Assembly: GCA_001938485.1 (NCBI GenBank)
Contig: MQRK01246086.1
Span: forward strand, 1 to 63,486
Source of the DNA: Girardia tigrina
Taxonomy: Eukaryota
Length of the DNA stretch: 63,486 bases
Direction of reading: 5' to 3'
The translations under genes and the position numbers were made by a program. Position 1 is the first letter of the stretch. Each line of letters starts with the position of its first letter. Below the pieces are notes generated by a model. It worked only from the letters and a program-made list of their open reading frames with translations, made no database searches and was not told the origin of the DNA. Positions 49,715 to 63,486 of the stretch are shown piece after piece.

Positions 49715-52112
49715 CCCTTAAACGACCAAGAAAAAAAATCACGTTGAGTACCAAATGGAGTCTGCTGGACCCCAGTACAGAATCTATATTTTTACGGTTA
49801 CTATTATCAAAAAAAAATAACTTTATTAGTCTCTAACATCACACTAGTAAGTTAAGAGTATTAAAATATACAAATTTATTAATTTATAAAACAATGACAA
49901 GAATATGAAAAGTTCTATTGACATTTATTACAACGACGAATTGAGTGCTCAAAGCAAACTGCTTGATAACAAATGTCACATTGTTGGCTAGACTTTCGAT
50001 CATTTTGTCGGGGCACAAATGGTATCGCCGCTTTTGATTGCGACGCATTGGTCCACCTGGGTTAGGCAACATTGGTGGATTATCAACTTTCACCAATTCG
50101 GTCGCTAGTTGTAATGGAAACATGCGTCGACGATGGCTAACCCGATTTGCGAAATTTGGATGTACAGCTGTATAGAGCACGAAAGCATTGTACGCGCCAA
50201 TATCCAATAAATTACAAAATAATGCAAATGGCCATCTATTCGTTTTTCGTTTTGATGAGTAGCACCGCACATTTTGATCGAGAGTATCAACCCCTCCTTT
50301 CTGTGAGTTGTATTCCAGAATCTTATGGGTTTTCTACGGAACATCTTCCTCACACAAGTCATCATGGTACAATGATGACATAAACACTACAGCTTTTCCT
50401 GGCTTTGGTACGTATGAAACAATTGTGCAGTCCCGTTGAAATCCAAAGGTACTTGACAAAACCTGTCGTTGTCGCGTGGGTAACATTTGCATAGGCAGCT
50501 CACCTTTATTTTTACGAATAGTCCCTAGGTAAGTCAAGCGACGTGCCAATAGAGCGCGAACAAGCACAATATTTGTAAAGAAGTTATCGCCAACGTAGTG
50601 TCTACCTGTGTTTGTCAGATGATCAGTTAATTCAAGTACAAATCTGGTACCTTGTCCCACCTCACGTTCACTACCACATCGGCCAGTGTAAACTTGAAGA
50701 TTGACACAATAGGAATTCCTTGCATCCGCTGCAACCCTCAATTTTATACCATATTTACCCGGCTTACTTGGAATAAACATTTTGAATGGGCAACGTCCAC
50801 GAAAGGTCACCAATTGCTCATCAACTGTGACAACTGCTCTGGGTTTATAACTTGATCGGCACTTTGTTGCAAAAATGTCAATGACATTTCGAATTGGTGC
50901 CAATTTGTCATCTCGTCGACGTTTTTCACGTGTGCCCCTGTTATCAAAGCGTAAATGCCGTCTCAATTCACAAAAACGATTGCGGGACATCGTTTTATTG
51001 AATATTGGTCTACCATGTTGTTCATTCCAAAGCTGAGTGATTGCTTCGCTTTTCGCTCTATAAACTCCGGCAAGCAGGAGGAGACCGAAAAATCGATACA
51101 ACTCATCAGAATTTGTTAAAACCCAATTAGCGTTGTGTAGTCGGCCTTCTGTGTTGGTGTTTTGAACGATAATGGCCACTATATGTAAACTTCAAAATAC
51201 TTTGAACGCTCTTGATGGGCTGTCACCACAACTATTTTTTAGTGCTTGTCGTGTGGGCCCTGCCTCATCACGTAAGATATCGTGTTGTCTATATTGTCTT
51301 TCAGCAGTAAAAATATAACGACGTTCCCATATTTCAATGCCATATCGAGATACCATAACGCCTTGCTCAACCTTATTTACCACTTCTAATTCATCGTCAC
51401 TACTTTCTTGCTCTCTTGGATTGGAAATAACTTCATCATCTTCTGAAAAATGTTATAAAAGATAACTCAAAACAAAACCTTTGAAAATATCATCACCAAT
51501 TGCTATGCATCTATTCGCCTCAATTGCAGCTATTCTAGTTGGACGTTGCATATTCAAAAAAATTTAAAATTTATAAAACGATTTGAAAACAATGAAAATG
51601 GTAATTTATGCAATTGTAGAGACGTACATACAATTCGAATATAACTGACTGGCCGTGCGTAGACATATATAAATGCACCAGCAAACAAGACAATAAACGT
51701 GTGCGCTTATATAACCTAATATATTCACATATAACTGGCTAAAAGTATGTGCATGACATTTATGAGCCTTTATATACCAATTGAGTAACTCATGTATAAA
51801 ATGAGCCTATATACATATGAATCTTGCTATTATTACTTGCTATTATTATCAAAATGTATTGCAATACTTTTAATATTTCATTTTGCTAATTATTCATTTG
51901 GGGTCTCACAGACCCCACACGGTATAATTTGTGACAATTTTTTAAAAACCCTGTTCCTAAAAAACTAAAAACATTAGGCGGGCCATCTTTTGGTAAACTT
52001 TACATCCATATTAAATGTCTCATAGTTTAGATTCAATTGGATTTGAATTGTTAAAGTTATTTATATTTTAAAACCTTTTGGGGTCCAGTAGACCCCAGTG
52101 GTCGTTTAAGGG
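49715..52112 (-). mobile_element. piggyBac transposon with both TIRs; transposase frameshifted
   Basis: TTAA|CCCTTAAACGACCA ... TGGTCGTTTAAGGG|TTAA; VDEQLVTFRGRCPFKMFIPSKPGKYG, GDNFFT, RWPFALF; likely ATG at 51551. Confidence 0.95.
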
Positions 52113-52952
52113 TTAAAACACATTTAACATCTCTGTCTAGCGAAGAAAGAGATCTAGATTAATATATTATGACAGCCGGATCAAGTAGTTAGGAACTAGT
52201 TAATGACGAAAGGGATCTGATGATGTGTTGGTACATCTTAGTTAGGATACAGAAGAATTCCATTTTCAATATTAAGGTTGAAGATATAAGCAAAAGGTTC
52301 TGCTTCTCTTGATAAAAGTTAAAAAGAAGGGGATGACTTCCTCAATCAGAAATCAAGAGAATCGAACTGTCCTAAAAACAACTAGAGAATCCAAAATATT
52401 TAGATTGATTACTTTAGCTGTGATCATATTAGTAACTGAAAATTCGGATATCTTCAAAAAAAATATAGCTACCTGTTGTGTGCCACCACATTTCGTTGTT
52501 TTTATTGTTTGTTGTACAGGAGAGTTTGGAAACCTTGTAATTGTGTTTGTATTTGTTTTGGTTATATTTGTGTTCAATTTTTTGTATATTTCGTTGTATA
52601 TGAATGGCGTTTCCTATTCTGTTTTTGTGGATCGAAGTAATCTTGAATTTAATATCAAAGAAAGGACAGAGAACAAATATTTTACAGATTTTAATAATTA
52701 ACTTTATTTACTATTTATAATGCAAAAGAACGAAATTTATTTCAATTGACACTATTTTATTTCAATTTAAACGAAAAACAAATTTAATTGTATCGTTTCG
52801 TTTACAGAATCAAATTTATATTTCTTTAAAAGGTTTTATCGTTGATTTAGTAAAATTGTTGATTTTGGTGTATAAATTATTATTATAAAAAAACGAATTT
52901 ACTTTAACGAGTAATTAGCTCGATATGAATATTAGTTGAAATAAAAATTTAA

Positions 52953-53700
52953 AATGGACTGAATCTTTTTCTTTACGTCGTTTTATTTTAACTGATTCTC
53001 AAAATGTGCGTTTTAAAACTCGCTATCAGTATCGTCAATTCTTTATTGATGATGATTGGAATTGTGCTTGCGGTTATCGGCGCTCTATTGCTCTGGCGAA
53101 TGAAATTTTTATGAAGAACATTTACGATATTGAAGCGCAATTTAAAAATTTCATAACTAAAATTAGAATCTCATCAGCAAGTTCAGGTGGAATATTTTCA
53201 TTGATGCAGCAGAACGCAAATTCAATTGGAGCCATCGCATTTGGGGTTGGAATCGCGTTGATTGCTCTGGCTATACTGGGCATCGTAGCGGTGCGTTGCT
53301 GTTCATTGAAGAAGATACTGATTGTCTTAACTGAGAGACCATTTTCTCGGTTCTATCTTGGCTTTGGAGTCGCGTGCCGGTTTCGCCGATTTTGTGGACC
53401 GCGAGTTCTACGTCTTGAGGAGAACTCAACACTGCCTATTAGTATAAATTTTAGTATAATCCAATCTAGCAATCAAGCGGAGAAACCTATAAATGTGGCA
53501 GGATAATGAATAAATCAACAAACCATGACCCGGGTCTGAGAAGAATGTTTGCACAGATACCGAAAAGAATTGTGCCAGTAAAACTGGACAATTTTGTTGC
53601 AGAACATACTCGACAACAATATATATTGTGAATCTAATGAATTCAAAATCTGTTGCCCCTCCAATCATCCCAGTGGTGGATGATTTGTAGGCTAAGCCGA
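52953..53700 (+). pseudogene. Tetraspanin-like pseudogene (intronless, frameshifted)
   Basis: CVLKLAISIVNSLLMMIGIVLAVIGALLLW (TM1), then shifted IGAIAFGVGIALIALAILGIVAVRCCSLKKILIV (TM2-3); downstream Cys-rich pieces with stops. Confidence 0.55.
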
Positions 53701-53899
53701 TAACTCAATTTGAGTTGGTTGGAATAGAAAGTGAGAAAGTGATATAAGTCATGTCTAAGACAAATAACTTTTTTATAAGAACTGTTTTATGTTTTCCAAA
53801 TACTATAAACAACCATTAAGTAAATTTGTATTAAAATATATCAACAGATTAATAAAATATTAACAAATTTTCAAGTTTTTTTTGCCAGAAACCCGTTAT

Positions 53900-56209
53900 T
53901 TTAAAGTTATTTATTGGCATCTGAAACTTGTTTCGGTGTTCAGAGACCACTTGTAGCAGTGCCTGCTTTTGTTCTTAATCTTTAGTAAGGATTTGATTGT
54001 ATTCTTGGATGAGGGCAACTCCTCGTTTTGCTCTGTCATTCACAACACTCAATCCAGAAATAATTTGCCGAGTTGCCTCAAAGACAGTATCATAGATCCA
54101 CAAATTAGGATCATTTTTCAACCAGTCTGATGCGATACCGAGGATTTCAAAGAACTTCATGGAATTTTGGGTAACAAAGTTCACGGGGTTTAGTGATGCA
54201 ATATTGTTTTCCTTGATCGTTTAGGACGATTTTTAATAACAACATTTATTTTCATTACCTAAACGATTTCAGCCTTGATAGCTGCACATCTTTGGTCAGC
54301 AAAAAAAGTGAAGGCCATTACTTCTTTGCTCAAGTACCATGTATGACGACACAATGCCTTTATTGCTACATTTTCAACTGTTGAGTTGATTGATTTATAC
54401 AATTCTAGCCTTTCAAAACACTTAAGATGATTAAGTGGAGCTTGAATTGTGTGATATGCTGTAAACCATGATTGGATATACAGGGTGTGTCATAAGTCTC
54501 TACGAGTTCAATGTGACTAAAATATGGGAATCTATGTTATTAGATAATTTGAATAATTAATTATGTACTTGTAAATTAATAGATTAATAATAAATCGTTA
54601 TTTAGTAATTTAGTGTAAACCATAAACGTTTGTTTAAATGCATTATTATGATTTCATCATATCATTAATTCAAATTTTCTTTTGCAAAATGACTGATAGC
54701 AGTCCTTACTCTTTGGAATATCGTTTAATGGCTGCACTCTGGTACCACAAATATGGCAGTACTGTGACTGGAGTGAAGAATATGAAGAGAAATTTAAGGG
54801 AAAAATTTGAAGGCGAGCCTCCAGATACCAGAGTTATTCAGAGATGGGAAGAAAAGTTATTTCAGACAGGTTCCATTCTGGATTTACCTCGAGGTGCGGA
54901 TGTTGAAAACAGGTGAATATGTTAAAGAAACTAACTATATTTGTGTCACGAGCAGTCATTCAAAATTGGGACCGGAAGAGGAAAAGTTTTAATGATATAT
55001 CGCTTTGATAATCCATTTGGCCCGATTGATTGCTCCAGGTTCCACCAGATGGATGCCTCGAGGTGGGATATGCCTCATATAGATTAGTGATAATTCAAGG
55101 AGTTCTCTATAGTCATCATGAGAGTGACTATCCTTCTGCAAACATGACACAACAAAATCCACAGCCTCTGTCATCATTACTTTGTTGTTGTTGAAAATTG
55201 TCATTGTTTATTCATCTGATATACCACCCGCAATTCTGACAGAAACTATCGACGCCCATCTCTTTGAAATCTTTTAAACGACAAAATAACATGTCCAGTA
55301 GATGATTCAGCCAAGGAATTGAATACTTCTTCAAGGACGATCTCAAATATGTGATATCAACATGCTAGATATAGAAATACCTTTTCATTCTTTTGTTAAA
55401 TTAGAACAGCTGCACAGAATCGAATTCCAGAGTTACTTGTAGCGCTTTCAAAATTTCAACTAAGTGCCAGTCGTTGATTGCTTCGACCACCGCATTTGCC
55501 AATGATTCTCCTGTGCCGTTAGGGAGTTTAAGCCCATTTAAAAGACGTTCAACACATCGACAGTGTTAGGGGTTCTTTTGGAAGAATTGTAAATTTTTGA
55601 TATTTTTAAATTAAAAATCATATTTATATTTGAGATAAATTAAAAATAATATTCTACTAATTAAAATGAAATAACTTTTTATAAAAAAATTTAAGTTCAT
55701 AGATAATTTTTTAACTAATTACAATGAAATAAGGTTTCATAAAAAAATTATAGTGTAATAATAATATTTTACAAATTAAATTGGAGCAACTTTTTATAAA
55801 AATTAAGTTTTAAAAAATCACAATTAAAATAACAGCTTCGGCGTTAAAGAATATTGTAAAGAAGATTTTGATATATCTTGTAACACTATTTAAAATAAAA
55901 ACATAATGCTTATTGAATTTAATTGTGAACGGAAAAGTTTTATTAAAAAAATAATTTATTGAATATTTTAAAATCAAGTTCTAAAATAAAATCATAATGT
56001 TTTATTGAAGTTAATCATAATGTTTTATTGAAAAAAATAATTTATAATTGAATGATTTAAAATTAAAGAAAAAATATTTTGGAATTGAATTTTTACAGGA
56101 CATGGCCATTAAAATATTTTTAAAGATCTAAATTTATATTTCAATTAATAAACGCTGCAAAAATTAATAAAAAAAACAAAATATGATTTATGCAAAACTG
56201 AATAAAATA

Positions 56210-56275
<66 letters not shown>

Positions 56276-57050
56276 ATTTATATTTAGAATTTTAAAATCC
56301 TGTCTATGTAACTGAAATATTGTTCCTCATGAATTTATTTGAATAATGAAAGTTGTATTAGAAATAAAGTTTGCGAATAATGACTTTGGGTTTTAATCAC
56401 GAACTCAATAGACAGGAAACAAGGATTGGTAAACGGTTCACTTTTTCATGGTTCCGAAAAATATCTGGCAGCAATTTCACATTCCATTGTACTACAAGGA
56501 GAACATCTCGAATCTCGTTACAAAAACTGTCCTTCAATTTGTCATTGCGTCATGCTTGTGTTTTATTCTGCTACATCGAATTAATCAACAATTTTACGCT
56601 AGATCAGTTAGTGTTTTACCAACAGCAGCATAGATTGAAGCCAAAATATAGACTGCATTGCGATCGCTAATTTTTGTTCTGTCAAGAGCTGCTGCAACTT
56701 GTGGATTGAATGATATTCTGTGGGCGAGGTCGTTCAGATTTTAGTGTCATGGTGTCATCACTAGACTCGACATTATCGTTGTCAGTACTTCCTGCAGATT
56801 CTGAATCAAGTACTTCAAGTACTACTTCAGTATTTGCCGTACTTTTAATCTTCCTCACTTTTTCTCGTTCAGCTCTGGATTTTATTACATCTTCTCTCAG
56901 TTTTTTCCTCTGCAACTTGATTGCGAACTTATTGTCAATTTGCTCCATCGAACTTCTACCACGGCCATCTCCTAGCTAAGCATAAAGAAATTCTTTTTCT
57001 TCTGGGTTTTGTATTAAAACCTCGGACTCACACTGTGAAATATCAAATGT
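53900..57050 (-). mobile_element. hATm-like transposase pseudogene broken by insertions
   Basis: VVNDRAKRGVALIQEYN..LTKD..QALLQVV, HDDYRELLEL..PGAINRAKWIIKAIY, LAC*YHIFEIVL pieces. Confidence 0.7.
54481..54900 (+). mobile_element. Tc1/mariner-superfamily (Tc3/maT-like) 5' end with N-terminal HTH ORF, nested in hATm
   Basis: TA|CAGGGTGTGTCATAAG terminus; MTDSSPYSLEYR..PPDTRVIQRWEEKLFQTGSILDLPRG. Confidence 0.75.
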
Positions 57051-57975
57051 TTTTTCGTTAGGCGCCACAATCTGACTCTTGACCAAACGTTATGTGTGGG
57101 AATACATGAAGAGTGAAATTAGAAAATGGATCCGAAATTGTTAAAATTGCCAGGCAAATAAAATCACAAGACACACCAAACCCCCCACGGCATAATTACG
57201 AATAGAGGAAAACTCAGAGTGGTTTACATCGACCTAGTTGAACCTCTCAAAGAAATCAGAAGAAAGAAGTTCCTCTTCACCATGATCGACCGCGACATTG
57301 GTTGGGTGAAAGCCTGCCAGTTGCGGGATATCGGAGCTAAAAAAATTATTGATATCATAGAAAAATCCCGTTTCGGCCCACCAGAGCAAATTATCAGTGA
57401 CAACATGAGACAATTCATATCAACACATTTCCGAAACCTGTGCAACCGATATGGCATTGAACATCATCCCACCACAACATATCACTCACAAAGCAACGGT
57501 AAAATAGAACGACTACACCGGACACTCAAAGAAGCTATTCAATCCGGCTAATCTAATATCCAGCTATTCTAATCAGTCCATCGTAGATGTTCCAGATTTC
57601 TCCCACGAATTTCGGAACCACGGTGACAAAAAGAGTTTCTTACCCAAAGACCTTTTTAACTGCAAACAGGTGTGGATAAAGAAAGAACTGAGAAGTCACT
57701 TACAGCCAATATACGAGGGCCCTTTTCAAGTTCTTCGCCACTCGAAAGACGGTAAAGTTATTACTATCTACAGACAAGGTAAAGAGGAAAGCGTATCAAT
57801 CGACAAAACCAAACCGGCTTTTGTCGAACTTGGAGGCGAGGCATGTAGGTATAATCCTAATGCCTAAATCTTAATATCACACAAATATACTTTAATTTTA
57901 AAAATGCATTAAAATGCAATAATTAAAATTAAATATATTTGTTTAAATAAACAGAAGTTCATAACAATAAACATT
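57050..57975 (+). mobile_element. Gypsy integrase fragment, PPT and probable 3' LTR start
   Basis: VYIDLVEP..FTMIDR..FGPPEQIISDN..YHSQSNGKIERLHRTLK..YEGPF; ggaggcgaggca followed by TGT. Confidence 0.85.
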
Positions 57976-58899
57976 TGGTAATGTGAAGGACTCATGTGAA
58001 AAGCTCATTCTTTAAATTTTTGAATAAATAATTTTTATAAATAATATTTGAAATAAGTAAATATTTAAAATCCTAAGTTGTCTAAACATTTATAATGTAA
58101 AAATATATCGTAATTAATTTTAAAAAGTTACTTTCGAGAATAATCGAATTTTATTTGTAGAGAAAAAAAACTTAAAATGAAATTAATTGGGAAATAATAA
58201 ATTTTCAAATAATTGATTAAAAAATATATATATAAATACAAAGATAAAATAAGTTGTAATAATTTTAAAAATTATTCTAAATAGTTTTGTAAAAAAAATT
58301 AATTAAGATTTTTATCATTAACGTATCGTAATAATAATAAAATTTGTAAATTACTGTAAAATACTATAAATTATTTTTTTGGTATTTAAATTGTATGGTA
58401 TTTAAAATAATTGTAGGTAAAAATGCTTTTAAATATTAATAATAAAATTTTTAAATATTGAAAAAAAAATAAAACGTTAAAATCTTTATTAATTAGAAAT
58501 GTTTCACAAAAAATAACATTAAACTAACTTTAAAATAATAAAAAATCATTAAGGTTAATTTAGTAAAAATATGACTACAAAATTTTGTTGGTTTTAATTT
58601 AAAAATAAGGAATGTAAATTTTCAAAATAAATAGAATTAAAAATTTTCAATTTTAAAATAACTTATCAGTTATTTATATTTATAATTTCATATTTTTATA
58701 TAAGAATCTGGTCATAAAGAAAACGATAGAAAAGTTCCTCTACAAAAAATTTTTATTACAACAAAAATTGTTTGAATAATTGTTAATTGTGTCATTAATA
58801 AATTTTTGGTGTTAATGAATTCTAATATTGATCAAGAACCCAACAGGTAAAAAGCATTATTTAGATTATTTTTAATTATGGATCAAATTGACTACAGTT

Positions 58900-59191
58900 A
58901 CTAATGTATATCTGTGAAGAATGCAATGAGTACTGTTACAATTTTTTGCAACATTTGTAATCCGTGCTACAGCACCACCAACTTTTTCCGTCATTGCTCT
59001 TGCTCCATCGCGGCCAACATTAATACATTTTCCCAGTTAATTTTATGCGTTGTCATAAAATTATCAATGCAGTTAAATATATTCTCCCCCGTGGTATTAA
59101 TTTTTTTAATTTAATAAAATTTGTCACGCGGAACCCTTAAATTTTTTCACGGAACCCCTGGGTTCTGCGGAACACACTTTGGGAATCACTG
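58900..59191 (-). mobile_element. hAT Buster/ZBED5-like fragment with TIR
   Basis: TGENIFNCIDNF..DGARAM..STHCILHRY on the minus strand; terminus CAGTGATTCCCAAAGTGTGTTCCGC at 59191. Confidence 0.75.
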
Positions 59192-59691
59192 CCATAGATA
59201 AAACAAAATGCAGTCTCAACAATATTGTCTGACTGTTTCATAAGAAGTTACTCTGACTGTCAAAAATGTGTCTAATGAATACTAAAAAAGTGAATGAGAT
59301 TGACTCAAGTCCTTTGAGACGAAGACATTATCTAGTCATTCTCAGACTGTATCCAAATGATTGCACGCAGTGATAAAGTGACATCGGATGTGGTTTTATT
59401 TTCATAATAGCATGGAGTCAGCTGAAAGATGTACCGAAAATACAATTTTGTACCTACTGATGCAACCATTAACTGGCTCACTAAATGATGCCGCAGTAAA
59501 ACCAACCCAATAAAAACCATGAGGAAGATTACTAGACTGTGGATGCATTTAGGTACAGACTGTGTACTTTTTATGATTGATAAAAAAAATTAAGCAGTTG
59601 TCACTTACGAAATTTTGAATGAACTCATTGTTACAAATTGATAAAGAAAATATATTTAATTATTTTTTTTTAAAAAATTAAAGGGAGAAAA

Positions 59692-59743
<52 letters not shown>

Positions 59744-61089
59744 TTATAAAATTATTTGTAATTGGTTTTTTTACAGAAGGAAAAAAATTAATTATTAAAA
59801 TGTAAAAATTGTTCGATTCTGGAAAAATACAGTTTAAAAAAATGTTAATTGTAATGTTTTTTGTCTGATATTTTTGATAAATGTAAGAGTGAAATGACCT
59901 TGAGTTTTGTTTGTTTATATTAAATTGATTGACTTGTAAAGACAATAGTTTTGTTTATTGATAAAAATAAAGTTGGTACGTGATTTAATATCGTTCTGAA
60001 TTGATTGAAAATGAATTCTTTTCTGGATGCTGAATTACGCTAATCACGATGTTAAGAAAGACCGCAAATATTAAAATTATAAAAACATTAAAGGATGCGA
60101 CTTTCGTTGCGCCGATTCTTTTCGTCGATATCATCAAACTCGAATAGATTTTGGATCAAAATTTAAATAGAAATAATCAAATAAACGACACAGTGTTTCT
60201 GTATGATCAGCGAATGTCGGCGTTGAATGAAATTTACAATGATTTAAATAGAAAGCAAAATGCTTTTAGAGAAAATTATTCCATTAAGATTAATTTTTAC
60301 CAAGCGAAATGTGAATCAATCAATTCAAAAATCGATATTGAAATGGTTAAAATATTCTGCCAAAGATTCGAAAGATTTAACAACAAATCGAATTCGATAA
60401 ACGTTATCTTTCATTCATTTCTCAATAAATGGGCCCAGCAACTCATCCACAGAATTTCCCTGCGCAACTCTGCTACCTCCGTCTGATTCTCGGGGCGACC
60501 TGAGGATCGCACGGAACACTCATCAGTAAACCTTTCAGAAAAGATCGAATTATCTTCTACCAGTAAATATTGAACAACGATAAATATTGAGCAACCCTAA
60601 CCATTTCTGCTCAATTATTCTCAGTATGAGAAGATAACCTATTTTAGTTTCAAGAAATATACTGTTGCTGTATGGGTCAAAACAGAGAAGATTAAATATG
60701 TCTTCTTTCAATGCAATACGGGAATAGTTACAAACTTTTAGGGTTTCTAAATTCAACTTTTTACTATTTTATCTATTTCAATATTTTTCTTATTTTACAA
60801 ATTTATTTGCAATAATTAGTTTTTTTTCTGGAACATGTGAGTTCGATAATGTTGATTTAGTTTCACGAATTTCCAATATCCCATTTGTACAAATAGAGGA
60901 ACAGATTGAAAATTGAGATTAGAACTTGTTTTTTCTTGTTATTTTTTGTATTACTACGAATATTTTCATATTTTATCAACATTGACTTAATGAATAAGAG
61001 TGCATTGTGGATTTTGACATATAAATTCCAAACGAAATGAACTCCAAGCTACATATTAGAAGCAACATTAGGGAAACGTTTCTTACAAT

Positions 61090-61272
61090 ATGAAATTTGT
61101 AATTTTAGTATTGATTGTTGCATTGTTTTTGAATGAGATTTCAAACATCGAGTCTCTGCCCCCTGGAAACAGATTACAAGAGGGCGGGGACATGCTGTTC
61201 AAGATGTTCAAACGAGACTTTAATTTAAAGGGAGTATCACTTAAAGATATAAAAATGGATAGAATGAAATAA
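61090..61272 (+). CDS. Small secreted peptide precursor candidate (60 aa)
   Basis: MKFVILVLIVALFLNEISNIES signal-peptide-like N-terminus, internal KR site, TATAAA at ~61020; possible short intron ~61275-61329 just after the stop. Confidence 0.5.
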   Translation: MKFVILVLIVALFLNEISNIESLPPGNRLQEGGDMLFKMFKRDFNLKGVSLKDIKMDRMK

Positions 61273-62915
61273 CAGTAATTTGTCATTTGAAAATATTTAT
61301 TAATTTATTTTTTTATATTATTTTTGTAGACGACAGAAATTTTTTTTCAAAAAAATGGTGTGAGATTGTGAAAAAAACATTAACTTTGCGAGCGTTCGCG
61401 TACAACAATTCTATCATTAATTTTGTCTAGAAATATATTTTATCGTAGATTTTTATAATAAAACTGTTTTTATAATTAGTTTATAGTACGAATTTGTTAT
61501 TCAGAATTTAATTTAATAAATTCTAAATATGTTTATTTTAAATGAAAAGATTAAATAGATTAATACTTTCTGAGGAAAAACAAAAAAAGAAGGGAGAAAC
61601 AAAATTATCTATTTTTATTTTCATCTTCATAAATTATTAATTAAAGATTAAAAGATAAAAAATATTAAAAAAAATAAATAAATATTCTCTAATAAAATGA
61701 ATAAGAGGAGAAAAATAACATTATTTGTTTTTATTTTAAAATGTTATTAATAATAATTCATTATTAAATATCTAATTCAATATTTAAATTTAAATTCATA
61801 ATAAATTATATATTTATATTTTTAGTTTCGAAATTTTCAAAACTTTTGTTGCACAGCGACGCATATAATAATCAAATAAAAATTTCCAATATTTTATTAT
61901 TTGTGAAACTAATAATAAACTATTATACATAATATTAAGTTAAAAAATTATAACCATTAATTTGAAAAATGGTTTTCAGGTATAAATATCTAATGAATAT
62001 TAAAATATAAAAAATTAATAATTATTTTTAAATAAAAAAGACAATGTAACCTAAAACATTATAACTAAATTGAGCTGGCAGTCCAGTTCCATCTCACCAG
62101 AAATAGAATTAAACAAAATCTCAGTTTGATTCTTTAACATAATCCATTAAGAAGTATTTCACCAATAATATCATAAAAACGGACAATGGGAAACGATCAT
62201 ATTAATTAAACTAAGTGAGATTTAAAAATCGAGGACGTAACTTTCTCTTCATAGACTTTGTTATTCTAAATTTATATAATGAGTTACCGCAATTTACATC
62301 TTTTAAAAAAACTAAATAAACCCTACATTTTTTACAAAATATGTATATTCTTTTTTTCAAATTTAAAATATTAAAAACTTTAACTTGAAACTAGAGCATT
62401 TGGAAAATCTCCTTTTTATGTACGCGTTGTTAGTAACCGGGGTAACGTACATTGTCTTTGGTCATTTCAGAAAAATCATTAATTTCGGTAATTTCTGAAA
62501 CTTTACTAATGTTTGCATATTGGTTTTAATTCTTAACATTCATTGTTGTATTTTTAGAAGGGTTATTGAATTTTAATTTATAAATTAAATGACCTTAAAC
62601 ATTAAATGTTAAAAAAGCATTGTTGCGTTTGTGTTTTTTGCGTGTAATTTCATTGTTAGGAATTAAAACACGGCTGGTAAAATATTTGAATGAAAGTAAA
62701 GATCATAAGAAATTTAAAAAAATCTTAAAATAAATAAGCAAAAATTTTTCTAACAGGTAGTTTTTTTCAATAAGGTTAATAAATTATAATTTGTATTAGT
62801 CTTGATAAATAATTTCTTTTTAGTTTTATTGATATCAAACCGGAACCGAAAATTTATTGACTTTATTTATTTTAATTTAATTTTTCTTTCAATGTTTGAT
62901 TATTTTATTTACTTA

Positions 62916-63076
62916 CTGTAATTTCCGCACTATAAGTATTATAAGCCGCACATTGCCTGCTTTTCCCAAAAAAAACATTATAAAAACGTATAAGTCGCAA
63001 CGGACTTTAAGCCACAACTCTTAAGTTATGACTCATTTCAGGTTTTTAAGTGCGGCTTGTAGTCCGGAATATACGG
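62916..63076. mobile_element. pogo-type MITE
   Basis: TA|CTGTAATTTCCGCACTATAAG..gccgcac / gtgcggcttgtAGTCCGGAATATACGG|TA. Confidence 0.75.
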
Positions 63077-63486
63077 TAATTTCTATTTTTTATTCTCAAA
63101 TATATTTTTTTTATTGATGGAATAGTTTCCGCAATCGAGTGGTTTGCCCACGGAAACTAACATTCATTTTGTTCCTACTGTTTCTATACAATACTACCAT
63201 TCAAGAATGTAATGAACTCTGTAACAGTGTAAACACACTCAATTTTGATTCATAAGTTTTACTTGTATTCACTATTTTATAATATACATCATCTATTTAA
63301 AATTTACAATTGCCCTATAAAAATGAACACCGATGTATCTAAAATGGTTTTCCAGTTTAAAATCAACTATACAGGGTGCGGCAGCTATTTGAGAACACGT
63401 AATATAGACACCATATCTTTTTGTCTGTTATAATTACATAATTTTATTTTTGCTGGTAGACATGGCAGAAGCTACTCTTACGAATG

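Noticed and set aside
63460-63486. Possible gene start ATGGCAGAAGCT after an AG acceptor
   Set aside because: Only ~9 codons before the window ends
1-63486. tRNA/rRNA genes or prokaryotic systems
   Set aside because: None recognised; only tRNA-complementary PBS motifs were seen

Overview
Very AT-rich eukaryotic (invertebrate/parasite-like) draft-assembly DNA with N-gaps and (TA)n tracts, dominated by decayed and nested transposable elements. These include mariner/Tc1/IS630-like, pogo, hAT (Buster/Charlie and hATm-like), MULE, piggyBac, Merlin-like and Helitron pieces, an RTE LINE, Penelope-like elements, a short-LTR Ty3/Gypsy provirus with both ends, and Gypsy and BEL fragments. Host genes are few: two intronless, paralogous, atypical non-RD Ser/Thr kinases (12315-13943, 46994-48604); an intronless prefoldin-1-like ORF; a spliced ~89-aa secreted-peptide gene missed by the ORF track, with two tandem signal-peptide first exons (minus strand, 4292-5074); a second signal-peptide ORF at 61090; and tetraspanin-like and MFS-like remnants. 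The most notable hidden structures are: (i) three minimal hammerhead ribozyme motifs in Penelope pseudo-LTRs, two forming inverted arms around a truncated RT/GIY-YIG cassette; (ii) a mosaic of near-identical and hypervariable blocks between the two kinases; (iii) the duplicated signal-peptide exon gene; (iv) a slippery site plus pseudoknot -1 frameshift signal after gag-protease in the Gypsy element. All calls are by eye; no database searches were run and the organism is not identified.
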